Of a DNA stretch of 64,000 nucleotides, positions 8,182 to 16,391 are shown one piece after another. The notes beneath the pieces are model-generated. The model searched no databases and had not been told where the DNA came from. It saw nothing but the letters and a program-made list of their open reading frames with translations. The position numbers and the translations under genes are program-made. Source of the DNA: an uncultured Verrucomicrobiae bacterium. Lineage in GTDB: Bacteria > Verrucomicrobiota > Verrucomicrobiia > Limisphaerales > Palsa-1400. Positions within the stretch are counted from its first letter, which is position 1. Each line of letters opens with the position of its first letter. The stretch lies in contig OY969763.1 in assembly GCA_963702845.1 (NCBI GenBank), positions 1,728,001 through 1,792,000 of the forward strand, written 5' to 3'.

Positions 8182-8988
8182 ATGGCACTTAAATTCAAAT
8201 TTAATTCGAAGAGCGAAATTCCGGCTGAGTTGGCGGCGCATTATGTCGAGCGCGATGGCGCTTGGGTTTTGGAAGCCGACGGCTCTGCTGACGTGTTGGC
8301 ACACGGCCACGATGCCCTCAAAGCCCGGCTCGATGAGTTTCGCCAGAGCAATTTGGCGTTACTGAAACAGATCGAAGAGCAAAAGACCCGATTCGACGGG
8401 ATCGATCCGGATGAGGTGCGAAAGCTCACTGACGAAAAGCGCCAACTCGAAGAAGCGCAACAGTTGAAAGCAGGCGAGTTGGAAAAGGTTGTCGAGAATC
8501 GCGTCAAAGGCATGAAAGCGGATTGGGACAAGCAACTCACCACTCTCACTTCGGAGCGCGATTCGCTCAACGCGCGCCTGACTGCGATTCAGATTGATCA
8601 GGGTGTGGTTGGCGCTGCGACGAAACGCGGGCTTCGTCCAACCGCGTTCGCTGATATTACGGCGCGTGCGCGAAATGTTTTCAAGTTGGTGAACGGTGCG
8701 CCACGCGCATTCGAGGCTGATGGCCAGACTGTGCGTTACGGCAAGGATGGCGTAACGCCGATGACTTTAGAGGAGTGGGTGGATTCGCAAGTTTCCGACG
8801 CTCCTCACTTGTTCGAATCCAATGCTGGTGGCGGTGCCGCTGGCGACGCTTCCGGTGGAGGCGCTGGCTCACGACAAGGTCGGTCCGTCAAAAATCCCTT
8901 CCGCAAGGAAAGCTGGAATTTGACGGAGCAAATGAGACTGCAAAAAACTGATCCGCAACTCGCCGCGCGCTTACAGGCGTCGGCGTAA
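8182..8988 (+). CDS. phage capsid scaffolding protein
   Basis: MALKF..EIPAELAAHYVERDGAWVL, coiled coil, APHLFESNAGGGA, KNPFRKESWNLTEQMRL; directly upstream of the capsid gene. Confidence 0.82.
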   Translation: MALKFKFNSKSEIPAELAAHYVERDGAWVLEADGSADVLAHGHDALKARLDEFRQSNLALLKQIEEQKTRFDGIDPDEVRKLTDEKRQLEEAQQLKAGELEKVVENRVKGMKADWDKQLTTLTSERDSLNARLTAIQIDQGVVGAATKRGLRPTAFADITARARNVFKLVNGAPRAFEADGQTVRYGKDGVTPMTLEEWVDSQVSDAPHLFESNAGGGAAGDASGGGAGSRQGRSVKNPFRKESWNLTEQMRLQKTDPQLAARLQASA

Positions 8989-9018
8989 TTACGGGTCACA
9001 ACCGGAGAAATAACGTTT

Positions 9019-10029
9019 ATGGCAAAGACAGCAGTGGCGGACATTATCATCCCCACAGAGTTTGAAAAATATGCGATCGAGCGCACGGCTGAATTGGCGG
9101 CGTTCGGTGAGTGCGGCATTGTCGAGGCATCGCCTGAGTTCGATGCAATCGCGGCCGAAGGTGGACGCGAAGTTAAAATGCCGTTTTGGAAGGACCTTTC
9201 GGCGACGCGTCAGCTTCTGAGCGATTCGGCAACGCTCGCGGTTAATAAAATCGGCACTGATCAAGATGTCGCGCGTATTCACAATGACGCGCAGGTCTGG
9301 TCTGTGAATCACCTGGCGAAAGTCGTTTCGGGTGATGACCCGATGCAGGCGATTGTGGACCTGGTCGCGCAGTATTGGGCGCGCACGGATGAAGGCCTCG
9401 TCGTGTCGTGTCTCAAGGGCATGTTCGCGGCGGGTTCGATGGCGGGCAATTTGCTCGCGATTCATTCGGAGTCGGCGGCTGGCGCTGCTTCGTCGACGAA
9501 GTTGACTGGTGCGACGTTCGTGGATGCTTGCGCGAAGTTGGGTGATCGTGCTGATCGACTCACTGCCGTTGCGATGCACTCGGCAACTGAAGCTGCGTTG
9601 CGCAAGCTCGACTTGATCGACTTCATCCCGGACAGCGAGGGCAAGCCGCTCTTGCGCGTGTTCCAAGGTCGGCGTGTTGTTGTCGATGACAACTTGCCCA
9701 CTCGGGCTGGCACGACTGATGGCACGGTCTACACGACCTACTTGTTTGGCCAGGGCGCGTTTGCGAAAGGCTCGTCGAAACTGGATTCGACGCCGCTGCA
9801 AGGTGGTATCGGCACTGAAGGTGTCGAGATTGCGCGTGCTCCTTTGGATAGCGATACGATTCTGATCAATCGTCGCCGCTATCTCTTGCATCCGCGTGGT
9901 GTGAAGTTCACCAGCGCTTCTGTTGCTGGCGATTCTCCGACCAATGCGGAGTTGGAAACCGGCGCGAACTGGACCCGCGTTTGGGAAAACAAAAACGTCC
10001 GCATCGTCGCGGTGACTCACAACAATTAA
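9019..10029 (+). CDS. major capsid (coat) protein, HK97 fold
   Basis: T.VADIIIP.EF..Y, GGREVKMPFWKDL, SGDDPMQAI, AVAMHS, GRRVVVDDNLP, LLHPRGVKF, SPTNAELETGANWTRV.ENKNVRIV. Confidence 0.9.
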   Translation: MAKTAVADIIIPTEFEKYAIERTAELAAFGECGIVEASPEFDAIAAEGGREVKMPFWKDLSATRQLLSDSATLAVNKIGTDQDVARIHNDAQVWSVNHLAKVVSGDDPMQAIVDLVAQYWARTDEGLVVSCLKGMFAAGSMAGNLLAIHSESAAGAASSTKLTGATFVDACAKLGDRADRLTAVAMHSATEAALRKLDLIDFIPDSEGKPLLRVFQGRRVVVDDNLPTRAGTTDGTVYTTYLFGQGAFAKGSSKLDSTPLQGGIGTEGVEIARAPLDSDTILINRRRYLLHPRGVKFTSASVAGDSPTNAELETGANWTRVWENKNVRIVAVTHNN

Positions 10030-10035
10030 CAAACC

Positions 10036-10079
10036 GGGCGCCGACCCCGCACACCGCACGTGGTGTCGGGGTGGCGCTC
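10036..10079 (+). other. strong intergenic hairpin after the capsid gene
   Basis: GGGCGCC-G-ACCCCG-C-ACACC ... GGTGT-CGGGGT-GGCGCTC; no U-tract. Confidence 0.6.
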
Positions 10080-10101
10080 CTCCACCTTCGAAAGGAAATT
10101 T

Positions 10102-10335
10102 ATGGGTAAAGAGATTCCCAGGAGTTTTGAAAAGATTCGGAGCGGCGAGCAGCTCAACTTGAAAAGCCGCGGCTTTACAAATGTTGCTTCGCTTACGGCG
10201 GCGGGCGTCACTGCTGCAAAGAATGCCGGCGCGTTGATTTACCTCAGCGCGGGCGGCACTGGTTCTGTGGCGTGCCTCGCAATTTCCGACGGCACGAATT
10301 GGAAACAGGTTGCGATTGGAGCGAACGCCATCTGA
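10102..10335 (+). CDS. small virion protein, probable capsid decoration
   Basis: RBS AAGGAA; 77 aa; GALIYLS...LAISDGTNW motif typical of small head-decoration/fibre proteins; follows the MCP gene. Confidence 0.55.
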   Translation: MGKEIPRSFEKIRSGEQLNLKSRGFTNVASLTAAGVTAAKNAGALIYLSAGGTGSVACLAISDGTNWKQVAIGANAI

Positions 10336-10355
10336 GTGTTAGCACACGGCCACCT

Positions 10356-10538
10356 ATGAAAATTGAACAAGGTTTATATCCAATCATCCGGCGTGTTCGA
10401 CGGCCGCTGATTCCTACTGATGCCGGCACGGCTGCTCCTGCGGTCGTGCCGGCGAAAGTCGACGAGCCTTTCGCACCTACGCAACCGCCGAAACCTGAAA
10501 CAAAAGCAGATGCCCCGCCGACGACCTCAGATGATTGA
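10356..10538 (+). CDS. small Pro-rich hypothetical protein (60 aa)
   Basis: MKIEQGLYPIIRRVRRPLIP...; stop overlaps the next start region. Confidence 0.55.
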   Translation: MKIEQGLYPIIRRVRRPLIPTDAGTAAPAVVPAKVDEPFAPTQPPKPETKADAPPTTSDD

Positions 10539-11286
10539 TGCGTCTCCAGTTTCGGCCAAAGCCGCCGTGTGGTTTGCGATGCAGCAGCAGCGTCGGCGTC
10601 GTCGCAATTCTTTGGCGGCGGGCGGACCAGCACTGGCGAATGTTCCGGGTGATTGCGTGTTGCGATTGAAAGCGAGCACGCTGGATTTAGGTGATGATGA
10701 TTCGATTGCCTTTTGGCCTGATCTGAGCGGCAACGCAAATGACGTTTCGCAAATCACGGTTTCGCAACAGCCGACATTTCAGACAGTGACGTTCGCGGGG
10801 AAGACGTTTGCTGTTGCGCGTTTCGATACTGTCGATGATGGGATGGAGACGCCGGTCGTGATTTCTGGTGCGTTTTCGATTTTCACGTTGTGGAGGTTGG
10901 CGGATGCCGATGTGTTTAGCGGCGCGATTCTGTCGTCCGCTTCAGCCGACTGGACCGTGGGCAATATCAATGGGCAGATGCTTTGTTACTTCGAAGGATG
11001 GAGCGCCGCTACAACCGTCAACGATTCGGATTTCTATTTGGTAGAGGCGCGCATCGTTCCTGGGAGCAGTCCGGAAAACATTTATTTGAACGGTGTGCAG
11101 GTTGGGATGAGTGGCGGCGGGTCGGGGGTGCCTTATCAGATAATGTTGGGAGCATCGGGCGGCAACGGTTATCCCGGCAATTGCGATTGTGCGGAGATTC
11201 TTATTTACGATCGCTTTCTCTCGGACGATGAGGCGGCCGGCGTGCGCGCGTATTTCCAGGAGGAATACAACTACTTGAAATTATGA
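10531..11286 (+). CDS. LamG/concanavalin-A-like domain virion protein
   Basis: LRLKASTL...WPDLSGNAND..Q....QPT, RFD.VDD.M, IYLNG, CAEILIYDRFLSD.E...V..Y. Confidence 0.7.
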   Translation: MIDASPVSAKAAVWFAMQQQRRRRRNSLAAGGPALANVPGDCVLRLKASTLDLGDDDSIAFWPDLSGNANDVSQITVSQQPTFQTVTFAGKTFAVARFDTVDDGMETPVVISGAFSIFTLWRLADADVFSGAILSSASADWTVGNINGQMLCYFEGWSAATTVNDSDFYLVEARIVPGSSPENIYLNGVQVGMSGGGSGVPYQIMLGASGGNGYPGNCDCAEILIYDRFLSDDEAAGVRAYFQEEYNYLKL

Positions 11287-11600
11287 GCGTGCGCTATCTC
11301 GTCATTATTCCCGCTGCGGATCAGTCGCAAGCAAATGCTCTGTCGAAATCAGAATTTGATTCCGATGGCGGTGAGAAAACTTTTTCGATTGGTTTGTCAG
11401 TAACGGGCAAGCCGCCGGCAACGCACTATTGGTGCTCGGCTTTGTTTTTTCGAACGGGACCTGAGCGTTTGCTTGCTGCCAAAGCGATTTTTCCTGATGC
11501 CGTTGTTGTGGACTACGACGGCGCAACGGATCCCGGCTTTCCGCAACGCACGATTGCGGGGCTTGGGTTGAAACAGATTGTGACGCTACCGGATAGATAA
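11283..11600 (+). CDS. hypothetical phage-type protein
   Basis: ATGA overlap; FSIGLSVTGKPPATHYWCS. Confidence 0.65.
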   Translation: MSVRYLVIIPAADQSQANALSKSEFDSDGGEKTFSIGLSVTGKPPATHYWCSALFFRTGPERLLAAKAIFPDAVVVDYDGATDPGFPQRTIAGLGLKQIVTLPDR

Positions 11601-11601
11601 T

Positions 11602-12186
11602 ATGGCGCTAGTTCTCGTAAAAGAAGATGGGACCGGTTTGGCGAGCGCGAATTCTTACGCGAGCGCCGCCGACGGCGATGCCTATCACGATGGGCATTTG
11701 TACGCGACGGTCTGGACTGGCGCGACGACGGCGAACAAGGAAAAAGCGCTCGTGTTCGCGACTCGCGTCATTGATTCGCAGTATCGGTTCCATGGTCTTC
11801 GCACCGTTGCCGGGCAAGCTTTGCAATGGCCTCGGTCCGATTGTCCTGATCCTGATGCGACGCCTGATTCCAGTGGCATCGCGGTTTTTGCGAGCGATCA
11901 GATTTCAGTCGCGCTGATCAATGCGACCTGTGAAATGGCGCGCGCGTTGTTAGCTACGGATCGAACGGGCGCTCCGCTTGGCGAGGGAATTGATACGACC
12001 CAGACGTCGGCCTCGAGCGCGAGTAATGACGGAACAACTTCGAGCAGCGTCAGCAATAGTTCGATGACTCGATACAGCAAGGTCGACACGCGACCGATGA
12101 TTTCTCAAGCGGCACAAGCGTTTCTCTCAAAGCTCGGCGATTTGCCTGGTCGAGCGAGCGGTGCGGTGCAGTTGGTCCGAGTTTGA
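11602..12186 (+). CDS. head-tail adaptor (DnaT-like ssDNA-binding phage family)
   Basis: LVKEDGTGLASANSYAS.ADGDAYH, KEKALVFATRVID, QALQWPR, ATCEMA. Confidence 0.82.
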   Translation: MALVLVKEDGTGLASANSYASAADGDAYHDGHLYATVWTGATTANKEKALVFATRVIDSQYRFHGLRTVAGQALQWPRSDCPDPDATPDSSGIAVFASDQISVALINATCEMARALLATDRTGAPLGEGIDTTQTSASSASNDGTTSSSVSNSSMTRYSKVDTRPMISQAAQAFLSKLGDLPGRASGAVQLVRV

Positions 12187-12195
12187 AAGGAGACG

Positions 12196-12522
12196 ATGAC
12201 GAACATGAACGCAACTGAATTTTTGAAAGCGGTGGATCATGCGGCGGCGATGAATGACCGGTGGTTATTTTTGGCGGCGTTTTGCCTGCTGCTGTTGTTG
12301 TGCGGCCTGGTGATTTATTGGCTCGTGCGGCAATTGCAGAGCTTGATTGCGGACCACAAGGAGCTGCGCCATGAGCACCACGCCGCGCTGCAGCAAATCA
12401 TCAACACGCAAAATGAAACGGCGTTGAAACTCGCCGTCTGCCTGGACCGTAATACGGCCGCGTTACAGGAATGCAGTTTCGAACTTCGCAGATTTCAGGG
12501 TGCGAGCCGCACCGGCCATTAA
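12196..12522 (+). CDS. single-TM coiled-coil protein, holin-like
   Basis: RBS AAGGAG; one strong TM (WLFLAAFCLLLLLCGLVIYWLV) followed by coiled coil. Confidence 0.5.
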   Translation: MTNMNATEFLKAVDHAAAMNDRWLFLAAFCLLLLLCGLVIYWLVRQLQSLIADHKELRHEHHAALQQIINTQNETALKLAVCLDRNTAALQECSFELRRFQGASRTGH

Positions 12523-12532
12523 AAAGGAGAGT

Positions 12533-13249
12533 ATGAGAAGATTGATTCTATCGTTCGCCGCACTCGCGCTTGTCGCCTGCGGCACAACTAAACCGCTTAA
12601 GCCCGGTGTGGCGCGCATTCAATCGAACGTCGGGACCAACGGCGTTCGCGAGTTCGTCGCCGATTTGAAGCAGCCGGAAAATCCGGCGCAAAGCGCGACT
12701 CAGAATTTTGAGCGCACAACGGAAACTGAGTTGCCGATCCCGGCGCAGAGCAGGGTGCAGGAAGTATTCATCACGCCGGCAGCGCAGCCTGGTGGTGAGC
12801 CGGTGAAGCAGGAGAAAACAATCGTGCTATCTGCACCGACGGTGCAAAAAACGCGCGTCAGCGAAAAGGCGGGCACGATGATTGGTGCAGCGCAAAAAGA
12901 CACGGCGCGGGAATTCGGCGCAAAGCTCGCCAGTTTGAAAGGTGTTGTTTGGGTTGGGCTCGGTCTGTTTCTGTTCGGACTGGCATCGCTTTTCTATCCA
13001 CCTCTGCGCGCAATTGTCGGCAGCGTCACCACAAGCCTAGCGATGGTCGGCGGGGGAGTCGCTCTAATGATCTTGCCGTCACTGATCGTCGGCAACGAGT
13101 TGCTGATTCTTTCCGCTGTAGCGCTCAGCGTTGGCGGCTGGTTTTTTGCTCATCGTCACGGGCAATTGCGTGGAACAGTCGATGCCCAAAATAAAACGAG
13201 TGTGGCCGGCGTGGCGGAAGCGACCGTTTCGCGGCTGATGGGAAAATAG
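12533..13249 (+). CDS. lipoprotein with C-terminal TM helices
   Basis: RBS AAGGAG; MRRLILSFAALALVA-C lipobox; about three TM segments near the C-terminus. Confidence 0.7.
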   Translation: MRRLILSFAALALVACGTTKPLKPGVARIQSNVGTNGVREFVADLKQPENPAQSATQNFERTTETELPIPAQSRVQEVFITPAAQPGGEPVKQEKTIVLSAPTVQKTRVSEKAGTMIGAAQKDTAREFGAKLASLKGVVWVGLGLFLFGLASLFYPPLRAIVGSVTTSLAMVGGGVALMILPSLIVGNELLILSAVALSVGGWFFAHRHGQLRGTVDAQNKTSVAGVAEATVSRLMGK

Positions 13250-13450
13250 CGACGGAACACCGCTGAAAAAGCCTAACAATTCCTAACGAGAAAATTGCAT
13301 TTCGCTGTTCAAACGTGCATGTCGCCAAAAAGTTCTACGAGAAATTCAGAAACTGAAAACACGCAAAATATGCAATAAAGACGGGCCTAAATGCACGTTC
13401 ACGAAAACTAAGACACAAAATTTCTTCTTCCTAAAAATTACGGTATTGGC

Positions 13451-13473
13451 TTCAACTCCCGCCGCCTCCACCA
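13451..13473 (+). mobile_element. attR-like site: duplicated 3' end of tmRNA (ssrA)
   Basis: TTCAACTCCCGCCGCCTCCACCA = T-loop, acceptor strand and CCA of an Ala-accepting tmRNA. The 5' T-stem is missing and the site follows ~200 bp of AT-rich non-coding DNA. Confidence 0.8.
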
Positions 13474-13579
13474 TTTTCTGCGGTGGCAATTATTGCCGCG
13501 GCGTAGTTCCGCTCCACGGAACGAAGGCGGGCTAAACTTTTGAATTGTCCTGCACATCATGTGCGGCAATCTTCGCCCC

Positions 13580-13775
13580 ATGCTAAAATTCTGGTGCGTC
13601 TACATCCTACAAAGTGTATCGACCCCAGAAACCTACTACACCAGCCTCACCGAAGACCCCCAGTGCCGCTTAGAGACGCACAACCATGCGAACTTTCGTC
13701 GACTTCCGCACACAAACCCTGACGCATAAAAACCGGAATAGCTTTTACTGACCAAGAGAGTGCCCGTGATCTTTC
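13580..13775 (+). pseudogene. GIY-YIG nuclease remnant
   Basis: MLKFWCVYILQS...YYTSLTEDPQCRLETHN, then frameshifted KP*RIKTGIAFTD. Confidence 0.7.
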
Positions 13776-13803
13776 ACCAACATGACCTCAATTGGTCGTG
13801 CAG

Positions 13804-13832
13804 TTGACAACCAGTGGTTTCACACCTACAAC
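13804..13832 (+). promoter_or_regulatory. sigma70-like promoter, probably leaderless transcript
   Basis: TTGACA-17 nt-TACAAC, with ATG 7 nt downstream. Confidence 0.45.
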
Positions 13833-13839
13833 AGTTGCT

Positions 13840-14763
13840 ATGGAACTCAGACCCCGCCTGGCGTTTTCATTTTTGTTGGCAGCACTCGTTGGTTTTTCCT
13901 GCGGCCGGGCGGAGGCGCAACCGAAGAATGTTCCCGACGTAAAACTCGGCCTCGTGTTGGCCAAAACGAACGGCAATCTCGTTATTCAGGCAGTCCTCGG
14001 CCAGGCTGTCTACGACGCGGGTCTTCGGCCGCGACAGATCATTAAACAAATCGACGGACGTTCGACGGACGATTTGAGCGTTGAGCAGGCCGTTGAAGCG
14101 GTGAAAGGGCCGGTTGGCTCTCGATTGACTTTGACGATCGTGAAACCAGGACAATCGAAGCCGGTGGAGATTGAGATAACTCGCGGGCCGTATATCACAT
14201 TGAAAAGTGTAACGGACCGTGTCATCGAAGGGGGCATTGGTGTTATCGGTATCCGGTCATTTGAAATGGATTGCGGATCGAAAGTTGCGACCATTCTCGA
14301 AAGTTTTCGCAACAAGCAATTGAAGGGGCTGGTTCTAGATTTGCGCGATAATGGCGGCGGTTATTTGCAGGGAACGATGGCCGTTGCCAATCTGCTGCTT
14401 GATAAAAAATGCGTGTTATGGATCACGAAACGTAACGGCAGAGAAGAAACCGAACATTCTACACCAGTCCACGGCTGGGACGGGCCCATCGCTGTTCTGG
14501 TTAATGAGGCTACGGCAAGCGGTGCGGAAATTTTGGCTTCAGCTCTTCAGTTGAACGGGCGTGCAAAAGTTGTGGGTCAAAGGACATCGGGCCATGCTTC
14601 GATATCCACGAGATCGGCCACCGGTTCTGTCGTCAAGATTGGTGAATATTACAATTCGCGACGGCAAGCTATAGATGGCCACGGTGTTACACCAGATATT
14701 GCCTTGGATGTGAATCTTTCGGAGGACGTGACTTTGTCTCGCGCTACAACAGTTCTGAAGTGA
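13840..14763 (+). CDS. S41 family C-terminal processing peptidase with PDZ domain
   Basis: LVLDLRDNGGG, TASGAEILA, GVTPDI; signal peptide. Confidence 0.88.
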   Translation: MELRPRLAFSFLLAALVGFSCGRAEAQPKNVPDVKLGLVLAKTNGNLVIQAVLGQAVYDAGLRPRQIIKQIDGRSTDDLSVEQAVEAVKGPVGSRLTLTIVKPGQSKPVEIEITRGPYITLKSVTDRVIEGGIGVIGIRSFEMDCGSKVATILESFRNKQLKGLVLDLRDNGGGYLQGTMAVANLLLDKKCVLWITKRNGREETEHSTPVHGWDGPIAVLVNEATASGAEILASALQLNGRAKVVGQRTSGHASISTRSATGSVVKIGEYYNSRRQAIDGHGVTPDIALDVNLSEDVTLSRATTVLK

Positions 14764-14785
14764 TTCTCGGCTTCCCCAAGTTGAG

Positions 14786-16303
14786 TCAATCCCGCACAAA
14801 CACCTGCGCTTCTAAAACATGCCCCTCGCTGCCAACAGCGTGACGGCCAACACCTTTCCATCCGAGCTCCTGCGCCCAATTCCACGTTTCTTGCGGCAGC
14901 GGACTGCACATCACAATGCGACCGTGCGGCATTATTTTCGTAGCGTGTTGCAGCAGATGCCGAAGTAGCCACGCGGTATTGCCGCCTTGAATCTTTCGGC
15001 CGTAAGGCGGGTTAGTCAGCAAAACGTTCACGGCCGCTAACTTCAATTTCAATGCATCCCCAAGCTGCAATTCAACGCGCTCAACTCCTTGCAGGTTTCG
15101 GCGAGCTGCGTCTAATGTCGCTGAATCACGGTCGCTGCCGATGAGTCGGGCGTACGGCCCGGCCTTCGCGCGTTCGGCTAACTCCGTGCCCGCTCCACAA
15201 AAAGGATCCCACACAACATCATTGGCGCTCGGCTGACTCAGCGCCGCAAGAGCTGCCGCCAGTGGTGGATGGGTCATTGCCGGGATGCTTGCCTGAAGAT
15301 ACTTGAAACGGGTGTCGGGCCAAAATCGTGGCAGCAATTCGAGTTCGGTCGCTTTTGGCCGCAGTTCCCACACCGCGCGCTCCGGACTATTCGGGAGATC
15401 CGGGACACTTCCTTGCGCGGCGCGGACGTAATCGAGCAGTTCGCCGCGCGAAGCGTTCGGAATGTTCAGTCTCCACGTCGCCACGCCTTGGGTTAATTGA
15501 CGAAGCAAAGCGCCTGCCGGACCAGCAAGGGCGGCCGCGAATGCTTCCTGCCCGGACAATCCCGACTGCCACGCAACGCGCAGCACTGCTTCACTCCACA
15601 AACGACATTCAAACAAGCTGTTCAAACTCCCATGTAGTTCCGCGTCGATCTGGCCGGCGGACGATTCCCGTGCGTTACGCACAGTGGAGGGAAGATTCTC
15701 GAGCAGCAATTCGCCCAGGCCGCTACGACAACGTAAACGCACTCCAGCCCTGGCCAAAACTTTATCGCCATCCACTCGTCCTTCGCCTGAACTAGCTCGC
15801 AATTTCCGTGAGGTAATCGCAAATAAAGCGCGCGCCACTTCACGTTGCACCAACGGTGCCTGGCTCGGACAAGACTTTAAACTCGATTCGCTTTGCGAAC
15901 TCCCGACGCGACCGAGAGAGGTGGCGAGCACGCGCAATTGGTCATCACGCTTTTCATCTTTCCACAAATCGAGCAATGTCGATTCGGTCTGTGCGTTGAT
16001 GCCGAGGTGTCCGAGGCACGTGATTAAACTGCGACGTTCAGCGCCGTCGTGCGTTCCGAGATGATCGATCAGCAACAGTCGCGTAGACGTGCTGTCCTCC
16101 AAACCGCCGGCTTCGGCGATTTCACCGAGCGTTCTCAGCGCCGCGCGATATTGCGACACGTTTTCCGGAGCCTTCACCGCCGCCAGCAAGGTTGGGACTA
16201 CGGAACTTCCACGCGCCACGAGACGGCGCCGCGCACTGCCTGCGACCTTATCGTCGTCGCTGGCAAGTTCGTGAATCCAAACGCTAATCTCCGGTACGCT
16301 CAT
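14786..16303 (-). CDS. HEAT-repeat + SAM-dependent RNA-methylase-type methyltransferase
   Basis: N-terminal HEAT-like helices; VWDPFCGAGTEL and TNPPYG motifs. Confidence 0.78.
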   Translation of the reverse strand: MSVPEISVWIHELASDDDKVAGSARRRLVARGSSVVPTLLAAVKAPENVSQYRAALRTLGEIAEAGGLEDSTSTRLLLIDHLGTHDGAERRSLITCLGHLGINAQTESTLLDLWKDEKRDDQLRVLATSLGRVGSSQSESSLKSCPSQAPLVQREVARALFAITSRKLRASSGEGRVDGDKVLARAGVRLRCRSGLGELLLENLPSTVRNARESSAGQIDAELHGSLNSLFECRLWSEAVLRVAWQSGLSGQEAFAAALAGPAGALLRQLTQGVATWRLNIPNASRGELLDYVRAAQGSVPDLPNSPERAVWELRPKATELELLPRFWPDTRFKYLQASIPAMTHPPLAAALAALSQPSANDVVWDPFCGAGTELAERAKAGPYARLIGSDRDSATLDAARRNLQGVERVELQLGDALKLKLAAVNVLLTNPPYGRKIQGGNTAWLLRHLLQHATKIMPHGRIVMCSPLPQETWNWAQELGWKGVGRHAVGSEGHVLEAQVFVRD

Positions 16304-16391
16304 GTCACCGAGCCTAACACGGATCGCGCCCGCATCCAGCGAAACGACGGAATCTCTGGACGCAGTATTCTGGTCGTTGGGCGACTGATTC

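Larger units (their letters stand above)
1..13473. mobile_element. tmRNA-integrated genomic island / phage-related element (left end outside window)
   Basis: Head-gene module, cassette array and IS bounded by the att fragment. That the array belongs to the same island is inference. Confidence 0.65.

Noticed and set aside
9019..10029. Encapsulin nanocompartment
   Set aside because: Portal, scaffold and head-tail adaptor indicate a DNA-packaging head, and no cargo enzyme is adjacent.
8989..10059. 356-aa minus-strand ORF
   Set aside because: Antisense shadow of the major capsid gene.
13451..13473. Complete tRNA or tmRNA gene
   Set aside because: Only the last 23 nt are present; upstream DNA cannot form the T-stem or acceptor 5' strand.
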